From contig OY729428.2 in NCBI GenBank assembly GCA_963422375.2, forward strand, positions 32,001-96,000: a stretch of 64,000 bases of DNA, in the 5' to 3' direction. Source of the stretch: Bryobacterales bacterium. Its GTDB lineage: Bacteria > Acidobacteriota > Terriglobia > Bryobacterales > UBA6623. Positions 52,380 to 63,171 of this stretch are shown piece by piece; position 1 is the stretch's first letter, and every line of letters starts with the position of its first letter. The notes below the pieces were generated by a model. That model did not search any database and was not told the origin of the DNA. It was given only the letters and a program-made list of their open reading frames with translations. Made by a program: the position numbers and the translations under genes.

Positions 52380-53855
52380 GTGTTCTCCGCCAGAAGTTCT
52401 TGATCCGTGGGCAGAGCCTGTGGTAGCGTGCTCTCGCAGGAGGGGTGCGAGCGTGCCGAAGCACCCCACAAGGGCGGTCCCGAAGGTCTCTGACGAGCAG
52501 CGCGGGGAGTTGCAGGGCTGGCTGCGCCGGAGCAAGACGGGGCAGTCGCTGGCGCTGAGGGCGCGTATCGTCCTCCCATGCGCCGACGGCAAGAGCGACA
52601 TGGCCGTGGCGGCCGCTCTCGGCACCACGCGCGCCACCGGCGGCAAGTGGCGGCGCCGGTTCCCGAGCGACGGCTGCGACGGATGGCTGGACGAGCCGCC
52701 GCCGGGAGCGCCGCGCAAGGTCAGCGACGGAGACGTCGAGCGCGTCGTGACGCGCACTTGGGAGTCGCTCCCGCGCGGGGCAACGCAATGGAGCCGCGAG
52801 GGAGCCGCGAGGGAGCCGCGAGTCGATGGCGACGGACTGCGGCCTGAGCCCCTCGCCGGTGGGCCGCATCTGGCGCGCCTTCGGCCTAAAGCCGCACCGC
52901 CGCGAAACGTTCAAGCTGTCGAAGGACCCGTTGTTCGCTGAGAAAGTGCGCGATATCACCGGCCTGTACCTGGACCCGCCGGAACGGGCTGTCGTGCTGT
53001 GCGCGGACGAGCAATCGCCAATCCAAGCCCTGGACCGCACCCAGCCCGTGCTGCCGATGCGCCCCGGCCTGCCGGAGCGCCGCACGCACGACTACAAGCG
53101 GAACGGCACGACCGCGCTCTTCGCAGCCCTGAACACGGCCACCGGCGAGGTGATCGGCAAGTGCTGCCGACGGCACCGCTCGGTGGAGTTCAAGAAGTTC
53201 CTCGCACTCGTCGACAAGGTCGATCAGGCGGTGCCGCCGGACCTCGACATCCATCTCGGACATCCATCTCGTGCTCGACAACTACGGCACGCACAAGACG
53301 GTGATGATCCACAACTGGCTGGGGCGGCATCCGCGCTGCCACTTGCACTGCACGCCGACGAGCGCCTCGTGGATCAATCAGGTCGAGCGCTGGTTCGCGG
53401 AACTCACGCGCCGTCAAATCCGGCGCGGCACGCACCGCAGCACGCTGGCGCTGGAGAAGGCGATCAAGGAGTACCTAAAGGAGTACCTAGTGCTTGTGAC
53501 AAAACTCGTATCCCCTTGATAACAAAGGCTTTAGGCCCAATCTCTCAAGGCGAAGATTTCACTGGAATGCTACGACTAGTCCGAAATCCTGCCAATTCTG
53601 GGTAGAGCGCGGAAATCTTCGCGATTGGCGGCTGAGCAATTTCCGACCTTGGGCCCTATATGTTGTGTTTGGAGATCCATCTGACCTCAGGATGTAGTAT
53701 GAAATGCTGATCGGGCCAGAATTCAGGGGTTTTGTCACAAGCACTACCTAGCTGTCTACAACGAGGATCCGAAGCCCTTCGTCTGGACGAAGACGGCCGA
53801 CCAAATCCTCGAATCGCTCAAATCTTACTGTATAGAAATTTCTGGCGGAGGACAC
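52380..53855 (+). mobile_element. IS630 family element, inactivated (frameshifts, tandem duplications, MITE insertion)
   Basis: TIRs GTGTTCTCCGCCAGAAGTT and AATTTCTGGCGGAGGACAC, each flanked by TA. FKLSKDPLF, THDYKRNGT, LDNYGTHK, TPTSASWINQVERWF, PKPFVWTKTAD. Confidence 0.93.
53490..53744. mobile_element. 255-bp MITE with 16-bp perfect TIRs and 6-bp TSD
   Basis: GTGCTTGTGACAAAAC (53490-53505) and GTTTTGTCACAAGCAC (53729-53744); TACCTA on both sides. Removing it restores the IS630 frame EYL-AVYNEDPKPF. Confidence 0.92.
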
Positions 53856-54278
53856 TAAGGCCGTGACACCGGTTGGAACCAATCATCTCAGGCCACCGCC
53901 ACTCCTGGACGCACCACTGTGCTGACACACGGAAGCGTCACACGCCTGAGCGGAGCAGTGTCCGGAGTGCCTCAGCAGCCGCGCGCCGCTCTGAGGCGTC
54001 GCTTCGCAACGCTCGCTACCCTCGGACTGTGACGAGGCCAACTTAGTGCCCGTGCCCCGACCCGCCACTTCTCCCTGAGATAGCCGGGGCAAAAACGCCC
54101 CGCTCTCCGACCGGCCACTTTACGCACAGCCAAGGTCGGCGAAGCATTCAGCATCACGATCGGGTACAATGGCCGAGTCCGGCATGGTCGCTCCATCGTC
54201 ACGTGCATCGGTCGCCCTAGCTTCGCGCCGGTCGGCTCTACGCACGCGATGGATCGCTAGGGACATGCGGCACCAACC

Positions 54279-54845
54279 GTGCGACGCGTGACCCCCTCCA
54301 TCCGACAAACTCCGAACTCGTGGCACGCCGACGTGCCTGGGGCCCGTTGGTTCAAGGCCGATCTACACGTCCATACCATAGACGACCTTCCTGGCGGTAG
54401 GGCGAAGATGCCACCACAGTTGTCCGGCGATCCCAAGGCATCCAAGTCACTCTCGGACTATGCGCGACTCTTCCTTCGCGCAGCTGTGCAGCGCGAGGTG
54501 CAGGTTATCGGCCTCACACCGCACTCACCACGAATGGACACCACTGGCACCGACAGTGCCGTATGGGCAATTGTCAAGGAATGGAACAGTGGATCCGACG
54601 AGGATGGAATCCCTTTTCGGGACAAGATCTATGCCGTGTTCCCGGGGTTCGAGCCATCTCTGAAATGTGGTCAACAAGGATTGCATATCCTCTTTCTGTT
54701 CGATCCAGAGATTGGCGTCGATAGCTACCTGCGCGCATTTGAAACTGTAATGGGCTCGGTATCTCCATGGCAGGATGGCAGACTAGAACTCTTAACTAAG
54801 AGCCCAGAAGAAGCATTCAGAGACTTGCGTAATCTTTGTAACTAA
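54279..54845 (+). pseudogene. N-terminal PHP-domain fragment of a TrlF/Ppl-like PHP-ATPase, truncated
   Basis: GARWFKADLHVHT, VIGLTPH, VFPGFE, LHILFLFDP. Lower GC. Stops three bases before the IS1595 end; no ATPase part in the window. Confidence 0.7.
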
Positions 54846-54848
54846 TTT

Positions 54849-55879
54849 CCTGATTACCAACGAACGTCAGTCGAGGATATGCTATACTGAAGGAGGTCGG
54901 AAATCTCTGCTAGGAAAGGGGCTAGCAGATGAAACGCAATCGCGTGCAATGCCAGAAGGGACTCAGCCCGGGCAAGTTCCTGTAGCGCTACGGCAGCGAG
55001 GGGCAATGCGAGCAGGCCGTCTTCAAGGCCCGCTGGCCGGACGGCTTCCGCTGCCCGGAGTGCGGCTCCCGACGGCACTGCCGCATCCGCTCCCGCAAGC
55101 TCTGGCAGTGCCATGCCTGCCACCGCCGGACCTCCCTGGTCGCCGGCACGATCTTCGCCGCCACCCAGCTGCCGCTGACCGTCCGGTTCCTGGCGATCCA
55201 CCTGCTGACGCAGGGCCAGCACGGCGTTTCGTCGCTGGAACTGGCGCGGCAGCCGGGCGTCAGCCGGAACACGGCCTGGAAGGTGAAGCACAAGCTCCTG
55301 CAAGTGATGAAGGAGCGCGACGAGCGCGTGCCGCCGGGCGGCATCGTGCAGGTGGACGACGCCTACCGGGGCGGGGAGCGGACCGGCGGGCAAGACGCCG
55401 TTCGTCGCCGCCGTGCAGGTCACCGCCGCCGGCAAGCCGGCAAGGATGCGCATGAGCAGCGTGGCCAGCGTGGCGGGCTTGCGCAAGAAGACGCTGGCAG
55501 CGTGGGCCGGGCGGCACTTGCAGCCCGGCACGGAGGTGCATTCCGACGGCCCGGCCTGCTTCCGGGGCGTGGCCGACGCCGGCTGCGAGCACGTGCCGAC
55601 CGTCACCGGAGGCGGGCAGCGGAGCTGCGCGGATTCCCGCTTCGTCCGGGTCAACGTCCGGGTCAGCACGATGCTGGCGCACGTCAAGCAGTCCTTGGCG
55701 GGAACCTGCCATGCGCTCGACGGCAAGCACCTGCCGCGCTACCTCGCCGAGTTCCGCTACCGCTTCAACCGCCGCTACGATCTGGAGGTGCTGGTCCCCC
55801 GCCTGCTCCACGCCTCCGTGCGCACCCCGCCCAGGCCTTACCCCCTCCTAACCTTGGCTGAGTCTTGTGGGTAATCAGG
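54849..55879 (+). mobile_element. IS1595 family element with frameshifted transposase
   Basis: TIRs CCTGATTACC and GGTAATCAGG. RWPDGFRCPECG zinc ribbon, KHKLLQVM, VQVDDAY, VHSDG, KHLPRYLAEFRYRFNRR. Flanking 8-mers differ. Confidence 0.9.
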
Positions 55880-56445
55880 AATGTATTTGCTGACAGAGTG
55901 CTTCGCTGATTCGTGCTTGACCGGAACTATATCGTGCGTATTCGCCTCGTCCGCGCAGACCGGCGCTTACAGGTCTGCGCGGTCCCTCACGAATCCCCAA
56001 GATTTCCTCGTCCGTGGATTGCAGAGCTCTGGCTGCCGCTCGGCTCCTGTCACGTCCCTCAGCACTAACAACTGCATTCTTTACCGCAGACATCACTGGA
56101 GGAGGCCGCCCGCAGACTCATGGAACCGGTCGAGAGCCACTAGATCTCCAAACCCTGTCGCGAGCCCAGACTGGATCCTCTCGAACACGATACCGAATAA
56201 ACCCCCAATCCATTAGGTCCAAGGCGAGCAAAACCCAAGGTGCATGGACCGGCTCTGGATCGTGGATGCTATGAATTGAACGACTAGAGCGAGTTTGCGT
56301 CGTGCGAGAACATGGTCTCAAGGCCAGATTCGCGCACGGTCTGGCTCAAGGTTGATGATTGCACAGCTCGAATGGCTCGTTGCCACATCAGTGAAAAAGT
56401 CAGCTTGCGCTATGGAATCCGGTCCAAGCGTGTGGCGTTCGTGGC

Positions 56446-57297
56446 TCACTCGCTCGGGTCGCCCGGCTGCGGGAACCTTGGCGGAGGCGGCACGAGTCCG
56501 TTCGGGTCGAACAGCCTTCCGGGCAGGTAGTCGCGCACGCGGGGGCCGGCAATCGACCGTATCTTGATGTTGCGATACCACACGGGGTGATTGTGATGCG
56601 TCAACGCGATGTGGCCGGGGCCCTTGAATCCGAATCCGGGCACCCGCTTGAACTTCGTCCGCTCGACCCGCGCCAGGAAGTCCGGGGAGTTGAACTCGTA
56701 CTCGAGTATCTTCTCGCCGTTGAGCCAGTGCTCGCCGTGCCTTCCGCGAACCACGATCCTAGACGTGTTCCACTCGCCGGCGGGACGCACCGTCTTGCTC
56801 TCGGTGGGCTTGTACAGCAGGTAGAGCGAGCCGCAGCTCGAATACTCCCATCCCTGCCTGCGACGGTTGAGCACCTCGTCGTCGAGCAGCTGGTACTCGG
56901 GACCGGTGGCCCGCAGCATCGACAGGCGCTTCGCGTCGCGGCTCAGGTGCGGCCGGTAGCCCGGGCTGGCCCAAGCCTTTTGCACCAAGTACTTCACGCC
57001 GCTGTTGCCGCCCTTGACCAGCTTCCAGTCAAACCTCAGCTCGAAGTTCTCGAATTCGCTGACGCTGACCAGATCGCCGCCGCTGCGGTCCGCCAAGGTG
57101 CGGATCGTGCCGTCCTCGATGGACCACGACGTCGACGGGAACGGCGTGTTCTGGAAGCCAGCCCAGCCCGCCGAGCTCGCGCCGTCGAACAGCAGCTGCC
57201 AGCCCTCGAGCTTCTCAGCCTCCGACAGGCGGTTGTGCGACGGCTCGGCCCCAAGCGGCCCGAGCGCTAGCAGGAATACCGGCAGCAGACGTAGCAT
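56446..57297 (-). CDS. DUF1080 / 3-keto-disaccharide hydrolase family, secreted
   Basis: GWQLLFDG, FELRFDWK..GNSGVKY, EYQLLDD, GEWNTSRI, VWYRNIKIR. Confidence 0.9.
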   Translation of the reverse strand: MLRLLPVFLLALGPLGAEPSHNRLSEAEKLEGWQLLFDGASSAGWAGFQNTPFPSTSWSIEDGTIRTLADRSGGDLVSVSEFENFELRFDWKLVKGGNSGVKYLVQKAWASPGYRPHLSRDAKRLSMLRATGPEYQLLDDEVLNRRRQGWEYSSCGSLYLLYKPTESKTVRPAGEWNTSRIVVRGRHGEHWLNGEKILEYEFNSPDFLARVERTKFKRVPGFGFKGPGHIALTHHNHPVWYRNIKIRSIAGPRVRDYLPGRLFDPNGLVPPPPRFPQPGDPSE

Positions 57298-57362
57298 CTC
57301 TCTCTCGCACTACAGCATAGCCGATCGGCGGGGCGGGTGCGCCTCGCAGAGTGGCCCGCGAC

Positions 57363-60300
57363 CTACCTGAGGAACAGGAACTCGGCCGTGTTGAATAGCG
57401 CGTGGGCGAGGTCGGACCAGACGGCCGGGTGGTCCGAGCCCGCGGCTCCGCGGATCCGGGCCTGGCTCGCTAGGAACCGCTCGACATCGGCGATCTCGCC
57501 CGCCAGCGGCTCCCGGCCGAAGGCTTCCACGTACATCCGGCGAATGCGGTCGCGCGGCGCCTGCCCGGCTTGCGCCAGCCGACCCGCCCACAGGGCCGCC
57601 TGGCCGTTTACGAACTCGTTGTTGAGCATCAGCAGCGCCTGGGAAGACACCGCCGAGACGCCGCGGCGCCCCGCCGTGGAGATCGGCAGCGGATAGTCGA
57701 AGGCGAGGAACATCGGCGGCAGGAAGTTCCGCCTTACTTGCAGGTACACGCTCCGGCGGCCGGCCCCGTCCAGCGGGCCCGACTGCGGCTTGCCCCGGCC
57801 GGCTTGGTAGACACTGACGTGCGGCGGCACGCCCGGCCCGCCCACCGTGCGGTCCATGGTGCCGGCCACTGCCAGGACCGAGTCGCGAACGGCTTCCGCC
57901 TCCAGCCTGCGGACGGGGAAATGGGACAGCAGCCGGTTGGCCGGATCCCTCTGCCGCGCCGCGTCCGAGGCCGCGCTGCTGGCGCGGTAGGCGCTTGAGA
58001 GCACGATCTCCCGGTGCAGGTCCTTCAGCGACCAGCTCGAGTCCATGAAGCGCCGGGCCAGGTAGTCGAGCAGGGCGGGATGAGAGGGCTCCTCGCCCAT
58101 GCGCCCGAAGTCGTCCGGGCTCGCCACGATGCCGCGGCCAAAGTGGTGGTGCCAGACGCGGTTGGCCATGACCCGCGCGGTTAGCGGGTTCGTCTCGCTC
58201 GCGACGTGCTCGGCGAGGCGCAGGCGCCCGGAGCCCTCCGCGACGGGAGCCTGGTCCGAACCGGCGATCACCTGGAGGAACCCGCGAGGCGCGATGTCCC
58301 CGGGGTTCTCGTGATTTCCGCGGAGGTGGATAGCGGAATCCCGCGGCATCCAGTCGCGGCTCGACATGGCGAACGCGGAAGGCGGGACGGCCGCTTCCAG
58401 CTCGGCCCGGCGGGCGGCCAGCTGCGCGAGGCGGTCCGTTTCCGCGGGCTCCAGCAGACCGCCCGCGTCCTCCGGCTTGCGGTGCCCCAGAATCCCGGCC
58501 AGCAGGGCATCCTCGGACGGATCGCGGCTCCGCGCGGCCGCCAGCTCCGCCGCCAGGCCGGCGTAGGCTTCTGCGAGGCCGGCGAGGGTGCCGACCGAGG
58601 CGTCCTCCAGCAGGTCCAGCACGCGCGGGTGGACGGGCCCCGCGATCGGCGGAGGCTTCCTATGAGACGAGAAGACGATCCGGTCCACGACGATCGCGCC
58701 GCCCCGGTCGCGGTCGACGATCTCGAGGGAGCAGATGCGGCCACGCTCCTTGGTCATGGCGATCGTGTGCCATTGCAGCCGCCCGCCGCCGTCGGGCATC
58801 GCGTGGCCGGACTTGTGCTCGTCGGCGACGACCGTGAACCGAGCCGGGGCGTTCTCCCGCAGGGCGCGCGGGTACTCCGGTCCGGCCAGGCGGACGTGGA
58901 CGTACCGCGCAGGCATGCGGAACTTCTCGGTCATGAGCGCGCCGACCAGCGCGTCGGATCCGGGGCCGAAGGAAGCCGCGAGCGCCTGCCCGCCGTAGCC
59001 GCCCAGATCCTGGCCGGGAGGCACCGACCGAGCCGGGCCGGGCCCGAAGGCCGCCCCGGTAGCGATCCACCGGTCGAAGCCGGCCTCGAAGTCCTCGTAG
59101 ACCGTGTCGCCGCGCTGCTTCCAGAGCGCGTGCCCGGGGTCGGCCTTGGCGGCCCAGTCCGCCATCTCCCCTCTCAGGCGAGCCATCCACTCCGAGAACG
59201 CGGGGGCGTCCGGTTTCGCCCGCTCCGCCGCGGTCCGCGCGAACGGGTGCAGCCCGTGGCTCGGCTCGCCCAGCGCGTACTGCAGCTCCGCTCCGAGCGG
59301 CGACGGCTCCTCGGCCCCGATCTCCGCGGCCGCGGCGACGAGACTGCCCGCGAGCGCCGCGGCGGCGCGCGCCCGCGCCGGACGGAGCAGCGCGTCGATC
59401 TCGCGGTTGACCGAGCCGACCGAGGCGGCAGCCTCCCGGATCTGGCGGGCCCGCTCTGGCGAGTCGATGCAGGTCTCGCTCATGTGCGTGGACTGCAGGA
59501 TGCCGAACAGGGAGTAGTAGTCGGCGGTCGGAATCGGGTCGAACTTGTGGTCGTGGCAGCGGGCGCACGCCACCGTCAGGCCTTGGGTGGCCTTCGCCAG
59601 CACGTCGATCTGGTTGTCGATCTGGTCGGCCCGGGCCTTGTCCGAATCGGTCGGGGAGTTCAGAACCTCCCAAAGCCAGTACATGCCCGAGGCGACCGGC
59701 GTGACGTAGTGCGATCCGTCGGCGGAGAGACGCGGAGGGAGCAGGTCGCCGGCAATCTGCTCGCGGAGGAACCTGGCGTAGGGCAGGTCGGTGTTGAACG
59801 ACTCGATGACGTAGTCGCGGTAGCGCCACGCGTCGAGCTTGTTGTTGTCGAACTCGTGCCCGTTCGTCTCGGCCCAGCGCACGAGGTCCAGCCAGTGGCG
59901 CGCCCAGCGCTCGCCGTAGTGCGGCGAGCCGAGCAGCCGCTCGACCACCCGCCCGTACGCGCCCGGGGCCTCGTCCGCGGCGAAGGCCGCAATCTCGGCG
60001 GGCGTCGGCGGCAGGCCCGTCAGGTCGAACGTCACCCGGCGCAGCAGCGTCAGGCGGTCGGCCTCCCCGGCCGGCTCGAGACCCTCCGCCTCCATGGCCG
60101 CGAGGACGAAGCGGTCCGCGCCAGTACGGGGCCACGCCTCGCGCGCGACGCCGGGAGGCGCCGGGTCGCCTACCGGGCGGAAGCTCCAGAACTGCCGCCC
60201 CTCGGCCAGGTCGATCCCTCGTGCGTCGCCGGCATCCGGACCGGTCTCGGAGCGCGGGTCGGGAGCGCCAAGGCCGATCCAAGTCTCGATGTGCCCGATC

Positions 60301-60617
60301 TCCTGGTCCGAGAGCCTCCCGGTCGGCGGCATGCGCAAGCCGAGCGACGCGTACGAGACCGCCTTCAGCATTAGGCTGGCGCTGGGATCGCCCGGCACGA
60401 CGGCGGCGCCGCGACTCCCCCCGCGCAAGAGAGCTTCCTTGGTGTCGAGCCTGAGTTGCCCCTGCGCCATCGTGGCGGCGCTGTGACAGGCGTAGCACTT
60501 CTCCGCCAGCAGCGGCCGGACATGCCGCTCGAAGTACTCGTAGTCGGGGGCCTGTCCTAGCGACACCAGCGGCGCCAGCAAGATGACTGCGAATCGCAGC
60601 GGCCCTTGTCGATGCAT
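57363..60617 (-). CDS. PSD1 / planctomycete cytochrome c (PSCyt1-DUF1549-DUF1553) protein
   Basis: CYACH and CARCHDHKFDP heme motifs, YGERWARHWLD, NPLTARVMANRVW..FGRG, RRLEAEAVRD. Confidence 0.93.
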   Translation of the reverse strand: MHRQGPLRFAVILLAPLVSLGQAPDYEYFERHVRPLLAEKCYACHSAATMAQGQLRLDTKEALLRGGSRGAAVVPGDPSASLMLKAVSYASLGLRMPPTGRLSDQEIGHIETWIGLGAPDPRSETGPDAGDARGIDLAEGRQFWSFRPVGDPAPPGVAREAWPRTGADRFVLAAMEAEGLEPAGEADRLTLLRRVTFDLTGLPPTPAEIAAFAADEAPGAYGRVVERLLGSPHYGERWARHWLDLVRWAETNGHEFDNNKLDAWRYRDYVIESFNTDLPYARFLREQIAGDLLPPRLSADGSHYVTPVASGMYWLWEVLNSPTDSDKARADQIDNQIDVLAKATQGLTVACARCHDHKFDPIPTADYYSLFGILQSTHMSETCIDSPERARQIREAAASVGSVNREIDALLRPARARAAAALAGSLVAAAAEIGAEEPSPLGAELQYALGEPSHGLHPFARTAAERAKPDAPAFSEWMARLRGEMADWAAKADPGHALWKQRGDTVYEDFEAGFDRWIATGAAFGPGPARSVPPGQDLGGYGGQALAASFGPGSDALVGALMTEKFRMPARYVHVRLAGPEYPRALRENAPARFTVVADEHKSGHAMPDGGGRLQWHTIAMTKERGRICSLEIVDRDRGGAIVVDRIVFSSHRKPPPIAGPVHPRVLDLLEDASVGTLAGLAEAYAGLAAELAAARSRDPSEDALLAGILGHRKPEDAGGLLEPAETDRLAQLAARRAELEAAVPPSAFAMSSRDWMPRDSAIHLRGNHENPGDIAPRGFLQVIAGSDQAPVAEGSGRLRLAEHVASETNPLTARVMANRVWHHHFGRGIVASPDDFGRMGEEPSHPALLDYLARRFMDSSWSLKDLHREIVLSSAYRASSAASDAARQRDPANRLLSHFPVRRLEAEAVRDSVLAVAGTMDRTVGGPGVPPHVSVYQAGRGKPQSGPLDGAGRRSVYLQVRRNFLPPMFLAFDYPLPISTAGRRGVSAVSSQALLMLNNEFVNGQAALWAGRLAQAGQAPRDRIRRMYVEAFGREPLAGEIADVERFLASQARIRGAAGSDHPAVWSDLAHALFNTAEFLFLR

Positions 60618-60700
60618 GCACCAATCCCCAGTGCCATGATACTGCCACCGTGCGCGCTGCGGCCGCCGAGGGCACCGGAGCGGTTCTGTACCATTGGGCG

Positions 60701-61240
60701 ATGCCTGCCTCCGGACCGACGCTGCTCGCGGTCGCGCTCGCGCTGCCCGCCCTGGCCCAGGAAACCGGCACGATGCCGCACTGGGAGGTGGAGGAACTGT
60801 CCCGTGATGTCATCGGGAACCTCGAGACGGCGAGCAGGGTCGTGACGGAGCTGCAGCCCGCCGACTGGGTGCGCGACGGTGCGCCCGCGGACTACGTCGA
60901 CCAGCGCGCGACGCTGCTGGAGGAGATGGAGCATGCCAGGCTGTCGGCCCTCGCCCTCGGTCGAGAGCCCGAGTCGATCACGTACGCGGTCGACGCATTC
61001 CTCTGGCTCGACCGCGTCGACGCGCTCCTGGCCTCGGTCACGGCCGGCGCGCGACGCTACTACAACAGCGCCGTTGCGGACCTCCTTGACTCGGTGCGGA
61101 ACCGCAACCGGGACGGCATCGCGACTGTCCGGGGCTACATGCGCGATTTGGCGGTCTACGTGGAAGCGGAACTGGGGGTCACGCATCAGGAGGCCCAGCG
61201 CTGCCGGGCACAGGTCGCGGCGCAGCCGCTAGGGCGCTGA
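60701..61240 (+). CDS. Hypothetical exported helical protein
   Basis: Signal peptide (TLLAVALALPALAQ); host-like codon usage. Confidence 0.7.
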   Translation: MPASGPTLLAVALALPALAQETGTMPHWEVEELSRDVIGNLETASRVVTELQPADWVRDGAPADYVDQRATLLEEMEHARLSALALGREPESITYAVDAFLWLDRVDALLASVTAGARRYYNSAVADLLDSVRNRNRDGIATVRGYMRDLAVYVEAELGVTHQEAQRCRAQVAAQPLGR

Positions 61241-61256
61241 GACCGGGGCAGCAGCC

Positions 61257-62285
61257 CTAGAAGACGCCGTCGCGGGCCTCGAATCGGGTCGGCTTGCCCA
61301 GCCCGGGGCCGCCTGCGAGCATCCAGCGCGCCACGCGCTCGATCATCCGGTCGATTCCCATCAGGGGCGGGCCGAAAAGAGATCGGCAAGCCGACGCGTC
61401 GCTGAGCAGCGCTGTGGGCTCCTCCGCTCCAATGAACTCCGGCCGGATCCCGAAGATCCGTCCGAAGCGCTCCGCGATCCCGCGGACGCTCAGCCGATCG
61501 GCGCCGGTCACGTTCAGCACGCAGGGCGGCGAGGCGCAATGCTCGAGCAGGCGCAGCGCGATCGAGTTGGCGTCGCGCTGCCAGATCACGTTAACGTAAC
61601 CCATGGCCAGGTCGACCGGCCGTCGCGCGCGCACGCTTTCGGCTACGTCCCGGAGCACGCCGTAGCGCGGCTCGACCGCGTAATTCAGGCGCATGATCGC
61701 CGCGGGAGTGCCGCTGGAGGCGCTGAAGTACTCGAACAGGCGCTCGCGGGCGAGAACGGATTGGGCGTACTCCCCCACCGGGGCGGGCGCGGCGGCCTCG
61801 CTCGGGCCGGGGCCGGCCGCGTCGGCTAGAGGATATACGTTGCCGCTCGAGAACACCACGATCCGCGCCCGCGGGAAGCGCTCGGCCACCAGCGCGGGCA
61901 GGTAGGCGTTGGCAGCCCAGGTCCGGCTCGGCGCGCCGCTGGTGCCGAATTTCTGGCCCGCCATGAAAACGACGTTGGGGGCCTCGGGAAGCTCCTCGAT
62001 CTCCCGCCGGCGCAGCAGGTCCGCCCTCACGGTTGCGACGCCGCGCGACTCGAGCCGGGCGCGGAGACCCGGCTCGCCAAATCGCGCCACGGCGGTGACG
62101 CGCTTGGAAGCCCCGGCCAAGCGCGCGGCCCGGTCGGCCAAGATGGCCAAGGTCGGCCCCATCTTGCCGCCCGCTCCGAGCACCAGGATGTCGCCCTCGA
62201 GACGACCCATCAAGGCCGCGTCGGCGTCCGACGGGCGCGAGAGCTCGAACTCGAGCTCCGCGACGTCCGGGCCGCCGACGGACAT
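61257..62285 (-). CDS. NAD-dependent epimerase/dehydratase family protein
   Basis: LGAGGKMG, FSSGNVY, GEYAQS, RLNYAVE..YGVL. Confidence 0.88.
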   Translation of the reverse strand: MSVGGPDVAELEFELSRPSDADAALMGRLEGDILVLGAGGKMGPTLAILADRAARLAGASKRVTAVARFGEPGLRARLESRGVATVRADLLRRREIEELPEAPNVVFMAGQKFGTSGAPSRTWAANAYLPALVAERFPRARIVVFSSGNVYPLADAAGPGPSEAAAPAPVGEYAQSVLARERLFEYFSASSGTPAAIMRLNYAVEPRYGVLRDVAESVRARRPVDLAMGYVNVIWQRDANSIALRLLEHCASPPCVLNVTGADRLSVRGIAERFGRIFGIRPEFIGAEEPTALLSDASACRSLFGPPLMGIDRMIERVARWMLAGGPGLGKPTRFEARDGVF

Positions 62286-62288
62286 GCG

Positions 62289-63062
62289 CTACGCGACGGC
62301 CAGCTCGTCCGGAAAGAGGGCCACCCCGTCCGGAGGAGGCAGCAGCTTGCGGAGCATCTCGAGCCTGTCCCGGATCAGCTTGCTGGGCAGCTGCTTGGGA
62401 CCGCCGATCACGTCCACGTCGCAGCAAAGGCCGTGCAGGTACAGCGTCAGCGTCTCCACGAGCGATTCCCGCAGGTACTCCGCCAGCAACTCGGCCCGCT
62501 TCGGCCCGTCGCCCTTGTAGCCCAGCAGTTCCTTCTTGAGCTCCCATATAGGCTCGTACAGCTCGCCGCGCACGCCGCTACCCAGTTCCCGGTCCACGAT
62601 CTCGCTGAACGGCTGCATGAACTCGCTGCCCGTGCTGTCGACGATCTTCTCGGCCAGCGCCTTGTACAGGACAATGTGCGCATCGAACAGGCCCTCGTCG
62701 CGGACGGCCAGAAACAGATAGGTCTTAGCGCCGTCGTCCTTGACCGTCTGGAATGCCACGAACTTGCGCGCCTCCTCCGAGGGCTCCTTGAAAGCGATCA
62801 GGAACTTCGGGTCCCCGGCCGGGCTGGACGGGTCCGCTTCCAAGTAGGGCACCAAGATGAGGCAAAGGTTCGGGATCAGCTCGAGGAGCTTGGGGGGGAA
62901 TGCGCTGGCCGGGTCGAGCACCAAGCGCTCGCTGTCCTTCTCGTCAACCGGAGGGACCGAAAAATAGGACACGGAACCGGGGAGCGGGATCAACAGGTCA
63001 CGGCACCGGGCGATGAACTCCGCGGCGGTGAGCCGCGTCGAGTCGGTCGTGGAAGACTTCAT
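62289..63062 (-). CDS. Conserved-looking hypothetical protein
   Basis: Normal protein composition; TLTLYLHGLCCDVDV motif; ends 3 bp before the epimerase start. Confidence 0.75.
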   Translation of the reverse strand: MKSSTTDSTRLTAAEFIARCRDLLIPLPGSVSYFSVPPVDEKDSERLVLDPASAFPPKLLELIPNLCLILVPYLEADPSSPAGDPKFLIAFKEPSEEARKFVAFQTVKDDGAKTYLFLAVRDEGLFDAHIVLYKALAEKIVDSTGSEFMQPFSEIVDRELGSGVRGELYEPIWELKKELLGYKGDGPKRAELLAEYLRESLVETLTLYLHGLCCDVDVIGGPKQLPSKLIRDRLEMLRKLLPPPDGVALFPDELAVA

Positions 63063-63171
63063 CTGCTGGGGGTAATCCTGATTTTACCAGAGCCGCCGGG
63101 GGCCGAACCGACCTCTGGTAGGCTGTTGCACTGCCTCTCTCCCGCCGAGGAGCCCCTCGCGGCAGGCTGAC

